A DNA stretch of 64,000 bases from the human T2T-CHM13v2.0 reference genome, Homo sapiens. The stretch lies in NCBI RefSeq assembly GCF_009914755.1, contig NC_060932.1; one strand, 5' to 3'. Positions 27,486 to 39,884 of the stretch are shown piece after piece. The position numbers and the translations under genes are program-made. The notes under the pieces are model-generated. The model saw only the letters and a program-made list of their open reading frames with translations. It was not told the DNA's origin and ran no database searches. Positions within the stretch are counted from its first letter, which is position 1; each line of letters opens with the position of its first letter.

Positions 27486-29828
27486 GTAGGATTGAATGAC
27501 TGGCCTGCTGGGTTTTGGACTTGGAAGGGGCCTGTAAATCTCAGCTGTATTTTGTTCTACTTTCTCCAAAATTCTTCCTTTTGAATTTGAAACGCTTTCC
27601 CAATCCCTGCAGTCATTGTGTCTTGGCAGTAGTTAACTCGCTTTATATTTCAGAGACTCATGGGCAGAAAGAACTGTAACACTGTCTCAGATGAGACTTT
27701 GGGCTTTGGACATTTGAGTAAATGCTGGAATGAGTTAAGATTTGGGGGACTGCATAGAAGGCATCATTATATTTGACAACATAACTAGAACACGAGATTT
27801 GGGGGCCAGTGGCAGAATAATATGGTTTTGCTGTGGGTCCCTTCCAAATCTCGTGTGGAATTGTCATCCTGGATGTTGGAGGTGGGACCTAGTGGAAGGT
27901 GATTTAATGATGTTCTGGAGTGTGGGGTGGAAAGTGGGGAAGGAGTGAGGAGCATTGTGAGGAGTATGGTGGGTGGTGGGGAGTGAAATGTGGGGATGGG
28001 ATCCAGATCTTTCATGGGTGCTAAACACCATTTCCTTAATGCTGTCCTCACATGAGTGAGTTCTTGTGATGATTTTGGAGCTGTAAGATTGAATGAATAC
28101 TGTCCTGCTGAGTTTTGGACTTGCATTGGTTCTGTGGTCTCATTTGTGTTATTTTTCTGGCAAATGTTTTCTTTTTGGATTGGGAATGCTTATGCAATGC
28201 CTATATCATCATTGTATCTTGAAGGAAGAGAACTTTGTTTTTAATTCAGAGGTTCCTTGGCAGAAGGGATTGTAGCCTTGTCTGAGATGAGAGTTTGTAC
28301 TCTATACATTTGAGTTAATGCTGAAATGAGTTAAGAATTTGGAAAACATTTGAAAATGCATGATTTTGTTTTCCATTGTGAGGAGGACATGAGATTTTGG
28401 GGGCCAAGGACAGAATAATGTGGTTTGGCTGTGTGATCCTACCAAAACTCATGTGGAATTGTAATCTCAAATGTTGGCAGTGGGGCCTGGTTGGGGGTGA
28501 TTTAATCATGGACAGGAGGATGGTGGACCTGGAAGGAAACAAGAGTGGATAAAGCAGAGAGGAGTAGGTTGGTAGTAGGGTGGTGAGAAGGTAGGGGTTA
28601 GTAGAAAGAGGGACTAGCCTGCTGCAGAGGCAGAGGCTCATGGAAAACCTCTACTAGGGCAATGCATCTGTGGCTTTTCAGAGTTTAACCCCCATGGCTG
28701 CTCTCATGGGCTGGGCTGATGTTGAGTGCCTGTAAGTTTTTCACACTGAGGGTGCAAGCTGGTGGTGGGTCTATGAATCTGGGGTCTAGAGGATGGTGGT
28801 CTCCCACGTGGGGGCTCCAAGTCCATATTTTTTTCTGCATTGCCTTAGTAGAGGTTTTTCAAGAGGCTCTGTGTCTGCAGCCAGCCTCCGCCTGGAAAGA
28901 GCAGGGGGTGGGATGGGGGTTGCATTCTTCACCAATGGTTGAGCACCATCTTCTTGATGCTGACCTCGTGAGAGTGAGTTCTCATGAGATTTGCTTATAT
29001 AATAGGATGTGACACCACTTTCATCTCTCTGTCCTGCTCCTCCTTTTGCCATATGAAATATCTCTTTGCCCTTGGCCTTCTGTTATGATTGGGAGGCTTC
29101 CTGAGCCCTCCCAGAAGCAGAAGTCACTGTGCTTTCTTTACAGCCTGCAGAACCCCGAGCCAGTTAAACCTCTTTTTAAAATAACATGGCAGAAAACTAG
29201 TACTGTAGAGTGAAGCTATGAAATTCCCTCACGGCCTTTTCCTCCTTCTTTTGCATCAGCACTTGCCTCCTTTCTTATTCAAATATCTGAAACCTTGTTG
29301 AATTTTCCCCCTGAAAATGGATGTTTCTTCTTTTACCACATTGCCAGGCTGCAGCAAAGATACCTTGCAGGTTCAGAAGTGGGTAAAGGACAGACAATGG
29401 AGAGTTTGAAGGGCTTAAGAGAATACAGCGAAATGGGGGAAACTTTGAACCACTGTAGACTTGTTAAATAGTTGTGATCAAAAGGCTGACCGAAGAATAG
29501 ACAGTAAAGACCAGGATTAGAAGGTCTTAGATGAAAATGAGAGAGTTACTGGGAACAGAGGCCAAGGTTAGTTTGTTTTGTCATAGCAAAGAATGTTGCT
29601 GCATGGTGCCCCTGTCCAGGAGACGTGTGAAATTTTGAACTTGAGGGTGATGACTTAGGTAGTATGTGGTGAAATGAACTTCTAAGGAGCAAAGCTCAAG
29701 AGGTGTCCTGCCTGCATTGAACTACCTATGCTCTTATGTGTGACCAAACAAATGACCTCAAGTTGAAATTTGTGTTTAAATGAAAAGCTGAGCTTAAAAG
29801 TTTGGAAAATTTGCAGCCTGGCCAAGTG

Positions 29829-29867
<39 letters not shown>

Positions 29868-31389
29868 GATTTTCAGGGGGGAAATTAAAGAAGGCTTCAG
29901 AAATTTGCATAAAAAGGAGCCCAGTGCTAACAGCCAAGACAATGGGGGAAAAGGCTTGAAGGCATTTCAGAGACCTTTGCAGCAGCCCTTGGTATCACTG
30001 ACCCTGGGACCTATGAGAGAAGAATGGTTTCCTCTACCAGACCCCTGGCCTTGCTTCTGTGTGTAGCCTGAGGACACCACTGCCTGCATCCTGCAGCTCC
30101 AGCTCCAGCTGCAACTCCAGCTCCAGTCATGGTTCAAAGATGTACAGGTACAGCTTGGGTTACTGCTTCACAGGGTATAATTTGAGGGGGACCAGGGGCA
30201 GAATCATATAATTTGGCTGCATTTTCCTACTAAAACTGACATCATATCATAATATTTCATGTTGGTGGTTGGGTCTGGATGCCAAGGTGAGGAGAGGTGA
30301 AAAGTGGGGATGGTGTTCAGAGTTTGCAGGACTAGAGTGGTGGGCTCGGAGCTTATTTGGAGAGAGGGGTATTGTACATTTTCAGGGCATGGGGGTGGGG
30401 CGCAGATTCTTTACCAATGGTTAAGCACCATCTCCTTGATGCTGTCCTCATGATATTGAGTTCTCATGAGATTTGCGGGGTTTTTTGTTTGTTTTTTTTT
30501 ATAGTGTGTGGCACCACTTTCCTCTCTCTCTTGCTCTTACTTTGGCCATATGGGACATCTCTTTGCTCCTTGGCCTTCTGGGATAATTGGGAAGCTTCCT
30601 GAGTCCTGCCAGATGTAGAACCCACTTTGCCTTCTTTACAGTCTGCAGAACCATGAGGCAATTAAACCTCTTTTCTTTATGATCATAGAGAAAATTGGTA
30701 CTGTGGAGTGGAGCTATGAAATGCCTTCAAGGCCCTTTTTCCATTGTCTTGGCTATTAGCACTCAGGTTTTGTTTTATGCATATATCTAAGCCTTCTTGA
30801 ATTTTACTTCTGAAAATGGACTTTTCTTCTTTTACCTCATTACCTGGCTTTGACAAATATACCTGAAAATGTAGAAGACAGCTTAGAAGTGGGTAACAGA
30901 CAGAGGCAGAGAGTTTGGAGGTCTTAGAAGAACAGAATAAGATAAAAGAAAGTTTGGACCATTGTAGAGACTTGTTAAATAGTTGTGATTAAAAGGTCAA
31001 CAGAAGAATGGACAATGAAGGCCAGAGTGAGGAGGTCTGAGGTGGAAATCAGGAACTTACTGGGAACAGAAGCAAAAGTTACTTTTGTTTGGCATTAACA
31101 AAGAAAGTGACTGCATGGTGGCCCCGCCCTGGAGATCTGTGAAACTCTGAACTTGAGGGTGATGATTTAGGGTATATTCGGTGGAATGAACTTCTAACTA
31201 GCACAGCTGTAGATATGTCCCACCTGTGTCAAACAGCCTGTTCTCTTATGTGTGGACCAAAAAATGACTTCAAGTCAGAACTTACCTTTAAATGAGAAGT
31301 GGAGCTTAAAAGTTTGGTAAATTTGCAGGCTTTTTTCTCAAGTTATGCATTTTTAGAATGACATGAGGTTTGGAGGGACGGGGCAGGGT

Positions 31390-34056
31390 AATATGGTTTG
31401 GCTTCATGTCCCTGCCAAAACTGATGTCAAATTTTAGTTTTTAATGATGAAGTTTGGACAGTAGGTGTTGATGGACTCATGTGGGTGGGTTATTAATGAA
31501 TGGTATAGCACCATCCCCTTGATGCTGTTTTCATGATAGTGAGTGAGTTTTTATGAGATCTGGTTGTTTATAAGTGGGTTGTACCTCTTTTTCTGTTTTG
31601 CTTCTGTGCTTATTATATGAGATGTCTCAGTCTTTTTTTTGCCCTCCTTTCTGACTTGAAGTTTCATGAGGCCTCTCAGAAGTGGAAACTACTATGCTTT
31701 TTATACAAGCTGCATAACTATGAGGCAGTTAAAACTTATTTTCACATGATAACACTGAAAATAGGTGCTGAGGAGTGAAACACTTGACTAAAGATACCTG
31801 ACAATATGGGAAGAGGTTTGGGTCTGGGTAGTGGGCAGAGGTTAGAGTTTGGCATGCTCAGTAGGAGATGGGGATTTAAGGGGAATTTTGGAACATCTTT
31901 GAGATTGTTTAAATGATTATGATCAAAATGTTGACAGAAATGCTGACAGTGAAGGCCAGGTTAGGTGGTCTCATAGGGAAATGAGGAATTTAGTGGGAAT
32001 TGGAACAAAGGTCACTTTTGTCTTGCCTTAGCCAAAAATGTGGCTGCTTTGTGCCCATTTTATAGGGATGTTTAAAACTTTGAACTTAAGTGTGATAATT
32101 TAGAATATCTAGCATAATAAATTTATAAGCAGTGAAGCATTCAAGAGGTTGTGTGTCTGCTTCTAATTGCCTGTCTTCATATGAGTGAGCATAGAAATGA
32201 CCTAAAGTGTGAATTTATATTTAAAGAGAAAGCAGAGATTAAAAGTTTGGAATATATGTAGTCTGGACATGTGGTAGAACAGAAAGCCCATTTTTAGGGG
32301 AGTAATTTTGGATGACTTCAGAAATTGGCATATGTAAAAAGGAGCCAAGTGGTAATAGCCAAGACAATGGGGGAAAGGCTTCCAAGGCATTTGAGAGAGC
32401 TTTGCAGCATCTGCTTTCATCACAGGTTCTGAGGCCTAGGAGGAAAGAATGGTTTCATGGGCCAGGCCCAGGGCCTTACATCCCCGCACAGCCTCAAGAG
32501 ACCGCTTCTTGCATTTCATCTGCTTTCTCTCCAGCTCAAGACATATGTCAAAGGGGCCCAGGTATGACTCATTTTACTTCATCAGATGTTTAAAGCCAGA
32601 AGCCTTGGTGACGTCTATGGTTTTTTTTTTTTTTTTTTTTTGAGACGGAGTCTTGCTCTGTTGCCCAGGCTGGAGTGTGGTGGCATGATCTTGGCTCACT
32701 GCAAGCTCTGCCTCCTGAGTTTATGCCATTCTCCTGCCTCAGCCTCCTGAGTAGCTGGGACTACAGGTGCCCATGACCACACCCAGCTAAATTTTTGTAT
32801 TTTTTAGTAGAGATGGGGTTTCACCATGTTAGCTGGGATGGTCTCGATCTCCTGACCTCGTGATCCACTCACCTTGGCCTCCCAAAGTGCAGGGATTACA
32901 GGCATGGGCCACTGCACCTGGCCCTCTATGTGGTTTTAAGTCTGCAGGTGCACAGAGTCTGCAGGTGCACAGAGGCTTGGAGCCTCCACTCGGAACCCCC
33001 ACCTAGATTTTAGAGGATGTATGCAAAAGACTGAGTGTCCAGGTAAGAGCTGACTCTAGGGATGTGGCTGTTATCAAGAATCTCTTCTAGGGCAGTGCAG
33101 AGGGAACATGTTGGGTTGAGCCCCCAACACAGAGTTTCCACCGGGGCACTGCCTAATGATGCTGTGAGAAAGGAGCTACCATCCTCCACATCCCAGAATG
33201 GTAGTTGCACCAGCAACCTGCACCCTGAGTGTGGAAAAGCCACTGGCACTTAATGCCTGCTCAGCTTGTTACTGCAGACATGGGGGTGGAACCCTGCAAA
33301 GCAACAGGAGTAGAGTGGCCCAAGCCCTTGGGAGTCCACCCCTTACACCAGTGTGTCCTCAAAGTGGGACATGGAGTCAAGATTATTTTGGAACTTCAAC
33401 ATTTTATGACAGCCCTGCTAGGATTTAGACTTGCATGGGGCCTGTAGTCCTGTGGGGTTTTTTTAAGCAAATTTTTTCCTTTTGGATTAGGAATGTTTTG
33501 CCACTGCCTGTACCCTTATTATATCATGGAAGTAACTAACTCATTTTTTTATTTTACAGTCTCATAAGAGAATGGAAGTCTAGCCTTGTCTCAGATGAGA
33601 CTTTGAACTTTGGACCTCTGAGTTAATGTTGGAATGAGTTAAGAATTTGGGAGAGTATTGGGAAGGCATGATTGTATTTTTCAACGTGAGAAGGACATGA
33701 GATTGACAGGTCAGGGGCAGGATAATATGATTTGGCTCTGTGCCTCTCCCAAAACTTGTGTCAAACTCATGTAATCCCTAATGTTGGAGGTGGGGCCTGG
33801 TGGCAGGTGACTGAATCATAGGGGTGGATGCTTTATTAATGGTCTACCATCTTTGTTTCTGTCTTGATCCTGCTCCCACCATATGAAACATCTTAGTTCT
33901 CCTTTGCCTTCTGCCATGTTTGGAAGGTTCCTGAGGTTTCCCCAGAAGTAGAAGCTGCTGTAATTCCTCTACAGCATGAGCCAATTAAACCTCTTTTCTT
34001 TATATGTTACCTAGTCTCAGGTATTTCTTTATAGCAATGTGAGAACATACTATACA
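31390..34056 (+). mobile_element. Essentially colinear MST-like element (LTR-int-LTR) at the right end of the array
   Basis: LTR ~31390-31755, internal region ~31755-33725 without the inversions seen in other units, complete 3' LTR ending tataca. Confidence 0.8.
32620..32922 (-). mobile_element. AluY-like SINE
   Basis: gcaagct and gccattctcc diagnostics, long T tail, tctatg(t)ggtttt on both flanks. Confidence 0.92.
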
Positions 34057-35929
34057 ATTGAAATTACCTAAATTCAGTCTGTTCTCTATTTAGGTCCTAG
34101 AGCAGCATTGCTACTCTGTGCTTTTAAATTTATCTGCACACCTTTTTTTTCTTAGTGAAAGGCTGAAAGGTGAGTACACATAAAACAGAGTGATGATCAT
34201 ACATTGGCAGTGGAGGTTGTGGGATCGAGGATCAGCTGCCAACAAATTGGACAGCTAGTATTATGATCTGATAAAATGCTGGGACATGCAGAGGTGTGAG
34301 ATTCAGTGCACATCTTTTACATGAAGTCTGTTAGAAAAGAAATAATGCACTGTGTTCCCTTAGAGGCAGCTGTAGCATCATCTCGTCATGCAAGTGTCCT
34401 GAAACTTAGTTTGATAATTTCAGCAAATGTGTCTTCTGGCATGAGAAGGAGGATTCTCTTCTGTCAGAGAATTAAAGTGTAGAAGCAGTGATGACACGCA
34501 CTTGGTTTCAGTTCTTAGGAGAGTTTCGTTTTTGATGTTTCAGCTTGAAGATTTTCCTTCAGTAGTGTTTTTAAAATGAATCTATACTGGTAACTGATAA
34601 AGACTCTACTATGCAATTCACTCATTGAATTAAAAAATTTCCAAGGTTGTCTGTAAATCTCAGGGTTCTATGTCATGAAAACTGGTATCGGTTGATGTAA
34701 GGAGGAACCAGAAATAATTTATTTCCAGTACTGAAGAAAAAATAATTGATTTATAGTTTGATTTTTAAAAAGTATTGATAAGTCCCCAGAACATTTAATC
34801 TTGAAAATATTTTAAATTTTAAAAGGATTATAATGCAAATAAAAATAGCTGATAAATATGAAGATTCAAAAGGAGCTTAATTTAAAAAGCACAAAGAGAT
34901 TGTCTTGCATTGCTGAAATCTCAATATTTTTATAGTTCCTGGGCTAAATAATTTGATGTTGAGTTTACAGATTTAAAAACTGTGGCTGAAAGGTTAAAGT
35001 CTCTACTATTTATATGAAGTCCAACTTATGCTGCCCCAAATCCCTGGGTACTGAAATTGTAACAAGTCAAATTGAAACACTGATGAATAACAATGATGAA
35101 ATAAAATGATCCGTTTGCAGATAGTCATAAAAAGAAGAGATTACTAAAATCATCATGCAGCAGCACATTGACTCTCAGAAGTAATTTCTTATGGGTTGAA
35201 TTTTAAGATCAGATTCTCATAATTTTGATATTTGCTCAAAACTTCGTCCCTTAGGTTACTTAGAGCCAGATTTAACATCAGGTGGTGTTGTCTGTACTAC
35301 ACACATGTAGACTGTAACCAGAAATATTGTTCTCTAAAAACAAGATCGAACAACTACCAAAAACTAATTCAGCTCCTAGGACTGAAGAAAACTGGGCAAG
35401 TGAGGTTCAGGAGGCCAGGTGCCTACCTCTGCCATCCTTGGCAGTTGCATTTTATGGTAAGAAAACATCAAGATGGCACCACTCACTGAAAGGAGGCTCC
35501 AAGTTGGGAACCAGAGGTACCAGCTTAGATTCCTTAATCCCTAAGAAGGCCTCCCTCTCAAAGACAAAGACCCCTTCCTTGGCCTCAAGTCCTCATTCTT
35601 GTTGGTTAAACACAATTAATTCTTCATCATTATCACCTGCCTGTTTTTTGACTTGCCCAGAGCTCTGAAGGAAACCCTGGACACTCTGCGGCAAGCGCGA
35701 AGAGAGGGCTGTGCAGCCCAGGCCCCTGATCAGCTTCTCCCAGCCTTTCCCTCCCAAAGGCTATAGCAGGGCTGAGTGCCAACATGGACCTGCAGAGGCC
35801 TGGGAGGGGAGCAAATGGCTGGGGTTCTTGTGGCATTTGGGATGTTCATGACAGTTAGTGCAAAGCATCCATGGCAGGATCTGTTGTCACCTCTCTCCAC
35901 CATCCCTGGATTGCCAGGCTCCAGTGGCC

Positions 35930-36040
35930 TTTCTTTCCTCTCTTCTTCTCTGCCCTCCCTCCCTCCATTTCCTCCCTCCCTCTCTCTTCCTCTCTCTCCT
36001 TCTGTCTTTTCTTCCCTCCTGTTTTCCCTTTTTCTTCCTT
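35930..36040. repeat. Polypyrimidine/polypurine low-complexity tract
   Basis: About 110 nt almost entirely C/T. Confidence 0.85.
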
Positions 36041-36894
36041 CACATCTATGCCTCCTCCCAGTATCTGGCAGCCCCATGTCCTCAGCCTGTGCTGGGTGAG
36101 TCTGATGAACTCAGACAGGATGTATAGGAGGGGCTTTCATCAGTTCATCCTGGGCAGCTGTTCTAGAAGTGACTACGATGGGGCAAATGCATGGGTACGT
36201 GTGTGTGAGTATGCACAAGTGCGTGTGTGTGCCTGTGCATGCCTGTTGACCACATGTCTTCTCTAAGTTTGTGTCCATAACTCCAGAGGACCCCAGGTGT
36301 GCTCTCGATGTCATGTTCAGGGATCAAGCACAGCTCCTGCTGGTGGGAATTGCACTGTGTGACACTTTCCTCAGGGACCTGGGGGTGTCAGATCCCAGTA
36401 GTCTCCCAGTAGGCTTTCAGATAGGTCAGAAAGATGTTCTATTGTTGTTTTATTTTCTTTTTTTCATCCATGGTTTTACTACCTTCTTCTTCTTAGTGAT
36501 TTTTCATGAAGGGACATCTGGGTTGGGGAAAGGTAGCTAATAAGAAATGATGTCACCATAAAATAGCAAAGAGTCTCCTGGCTCTGTGGGGACAGTCTTC
36601 ATATGGTCCCTGGCCCAGCCTCGAGGGCCCTGGTCCAGTCACCTTATGGCCTCTGTGCTGTGTCCCTAGATCTGGGCTCTGTGGGAAAGACCCTGGGAGA
36701 CCCAGCAGAATGGAGTACCTTGTGTGCCAAATGTCCCCCCTTTACTCTGGCTCTATGACTCTTTCTCCCTGTGTCCTGGAGGAGAGGACCTGTCTGGAGA
36801 AGACCCTCAGGGCCTGGCCCTGTCGATTAAGATAGGAGGGAAGGGTCTGTGGCCTGAGGCAGGGCATTGGAAGGGAATTTTGAGCACTGCTGCT

Positions 36895-38110
36895 CAGGTG
36901 CCTGGTCACTGGGACCCAGTGTTTCCCTTGTCAGCAGGGGCCTGGTCAGTGGGACTGTGGTCAGGGGACTATTGATCAGTGTGGCCTATTCTGTGAGGAC
37001 ATGGTTAGGGGGAACCTGGTCAGTGGGAACATTTTTAGGGGGATCAGTCAGTGGGGACCAGGTCAGTGAGGACCTGGTGAGCGGAGGCCTGGTCAGTGGG
37101 ACCTGGGCATCGGGGCCTGTTCAGTGGGGACCTGCTCAGTGGAGATGTTTTCACTGTGGTCCCCCTCAGTGGGACCTAGACAGTGGGGGCCTGATCAGCG
37201 AGACCTGGTCAGTGGCAACCTGATCTGTGGGAACGTGGTCACTGGGGACCTGGTTAATAGAAACCTGGTCAGTGATGGCCTAATGAGTGAGGTCTTGATG
37301 AGTGGGGAACCTTGTCAGTGAAGGCCTACTCAGTGGGGTTAGTCACTTTTGACCTGACAGTGAGCACCTGGCCACTTTGGCCTTGCCAGTGGGGGCTTGG
37401 TAAGAGGGGCCTGATCAGTGTGGGCCTGCTTAGTGGACCTAGTCAGTTGGGACATTGTCAGTGAGGTCTATTTAGTGGGGTCCTGGTCACCATGGGCTGG
37501 GTCCCTGATGACCAGGTCATGGGGCTCTATTCAGTGGAGGCCTGGTCACATGGGACCTAGTCAGCAGGGCCTGGTGGGCATGTCCTCATCAGTGAAGCCC
37601 TTGTCAGTGGGTCCATGGTTAGGGCATCCTGGTCAATGGATCATAATCAGCAAGGGCCTGGTCAGAAGAGAATTGGTCAGAGGGGACTTGGTCAGTGGTG
37701 GCTTTTGTAGCACTGGTCTAATCAGTGGTGACCTGGTCAGCGGGGATCTGAGCAGTGAGTGCCTGTTCAGTGGGGCCTACTCACTAGGGTTCTAGTCATG
37801 GACATCTGGCCACCTCAGGCCTGGCCAGTAGGGGCCTCATCTGTGGGACCAGGCAATGGGGTCATGATTGGTGGAACCTGGTGACTGAGGCCTTGTCAGT
37901 AAGGACCTGGTCAGTGGAGTCCTGGTCAGTTAGGCCTTGTCAGTAAGGTCCTGGGCAGTGGGTCCTGGTCAGTGGGTTCTGGTCATTGTGGGCCTGGCAG
38001 TGGGGGCCTGGTAAGTGTGGCCTGGTGAGTGGGGTATAATCAGTGAGGGTGTGGCTAGGGAGGACCAGCTGTGCAGGGTCTGGTCAGCAGGGACCTGGTC
38101 AGTGGGGGCT
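36895..38110 (+). repeat. Degenerate 14-15 bp GGTCAGT minisatellite (copy 2, longer)
   Basis: Same unit as 13455-14010 over ~1.2 kb. Confidence 0.9.
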
Positions 38111-38445
38111 GCTGAGCATTGCTGGGAGATGTCAGGTGTAACATGTGTTATTGATGGTCCTGTAGACACCTGGGATGGCCCAGTGGTGCCCAACAGCCCA
38201 GTTAAAAGTGGACAAGGCAGGTGTTTGGATGGACTTGGGAGGTCTTGCTCAGAGATTCCGACAGAATAAAGGTAAAGAAGGGCCAGAGTGGCTGGAGAGA
38301 TGGTCACAGTCTGTGGGCTACACAGGATGGAGGAAGTCAGGGTGTTCCCAGGCAAGGTGGGTAGCTGGGATGCAGGGAGAGGCAGGTGGATGCTGAGAGG
38401 TCAGATCCTGCGAGGGCTCTGGGGGCATCAGGTAGGATGGGCTCT

Positions 38446-39445
38446 TGTAGGGTCCATCCCCACAGGGTCTGTGGGTCTCTCCCCGTGTGCAGAGATGAGA
38501 GAGTGTAGAAATAAAGATACAAGACAAAGAGATAAAAGAAAAGGCAGCTGAGCCCGGGGGACCACTGCCACCAAGTCACTGAGACCGGTAGTGGCCCCAA
38601 ATGCCAGGCTGCACTGATATTTATTGGATACAATACAAAGGGGCAGGATAAGGAGAGTGAGCCATCTCCAATCATAGGTAAGGCCACGTGGGTCATGTGT
38701 CCACTGGACAGGGGGCCCTTCCCTTCCTGGCAGCTGAGGCAGAGAGAGAGAGGAGACAAAGAGAAAGACAGCTTATGCCATTATTTCTGCATATCAGAGA
38801 CTTTTAGTACTTTCACTAATTTACTACTGCTACCTAGCAGGCAGAGCCAGGTGTACAGGATGGAACATGAAGGTGGACTAGGAGCGTGACCACTGAAGCA
38901 CAGCATCACAGGGAGATGGTTAGGCCTCTGGATAACTGCTGGTGAGCCTGACTAATGTCAGGCCCTCCACAAGAGGTGGAGGAGTAGTCTTCTCTAAACT
39001 CCCCCGGGGAAAGGGAGACTCCCTTTCCCGGTCTGCTAAGTAGTGGGTGTTTTCCCTTGACACTTACGCTACCGCTAGACCACGGTCCACCTGGCAATGG
39101 GCATCTTCCCAGAAGCTGGCATTACCGCTAGACCAAGGAGTGCTCTGGTGGCCCTGTCTGGGCATAACAGAAGGCTCGCACTCTTGTCTTCTGGTCACTC
39201 CTCACTATGTCCCCTCAGCTCCTATCTCTGTATGGCCTGGTTTTTCCTAGGTTATGATTATAGAGAGAGAATTATTTTAATATTGGAATAAATAATTGCT
39301 ACAAACTAATGATTAATGATATTAATATATAATCATATCTAAGATCTATATCTAGTATAACTATTCTTGTTTTATATTTTATTATACTGGAACAGCTCGT
39401 GTCCTCGGTCTCTTGCCTCGGCACCTGGGTGGCTTGCCGCCCACA
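38446..39445 (-). mobile_element. Solo LTR13/LTR13A (HERV-K HML-4)
   Basis: 1000 bp, TG..CA ends, minus strand starts tgtgggcggcaagccacccaggtgccgaggcaagag; 6-bp TSD ggctct. Confidence 0.88.
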
Positions 39446-39884
39446 GGCTCTGTGCACCATCAGTGCACTGGGCAGGTCTCAGCCCAGGCTCCCTGGACCC
39501 TGGCCAGGTGATGTGGTCACTCCATGGGGGACTGCTGTCATGCCCTGGCCACCCACCCTGGGCAGCACAGTCTTATCTCATGATTGGCCTTTCTCTGATC
39601 CTGCAGAGGGCACAGCTCGCAGCCCAGGAGGGGCAGTCCCAGGGTGCAGCTTGAGTTCTCCACGGGCCTGAAGCATCCCCTGCCAGCCCTGTACTTTCTC
39701 TTCTCCCAGGTCTCGCTTTTCCAGTGTCACCCAGCAGGAAGGCCCCATCCTCCCTTCCTTGTGTGTCTCCTAGGCTGAGACCTGTGGTGGATGGGGACAG
39801 GGAGAGTACTTCCTCAGGTCCACTTGGGGAGGAGACTTGCTCCCAGCCTGGTGAAGGTAGTCAGCTTTACCTTGGTTGCCTTAG

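Noticed and set aside
29831-29863. A33 tract as a retroposon tail
   Set aside because: Sister units have a short A-run at the same site and there is no element body, so it is a slippage expansion.
36270-36540. Possible minus-strand pseudogene fragment (KKKKVVKPWMKKRK)
   Set aside because: No recognisable homolog; stops in the frames I examined; needs tblastx.
36867-37795. ORFs with repetitive DLVSG peptides
   Set aside because: Translation of the 15-bp minisatellite; the frame is broken by 14-bp units.
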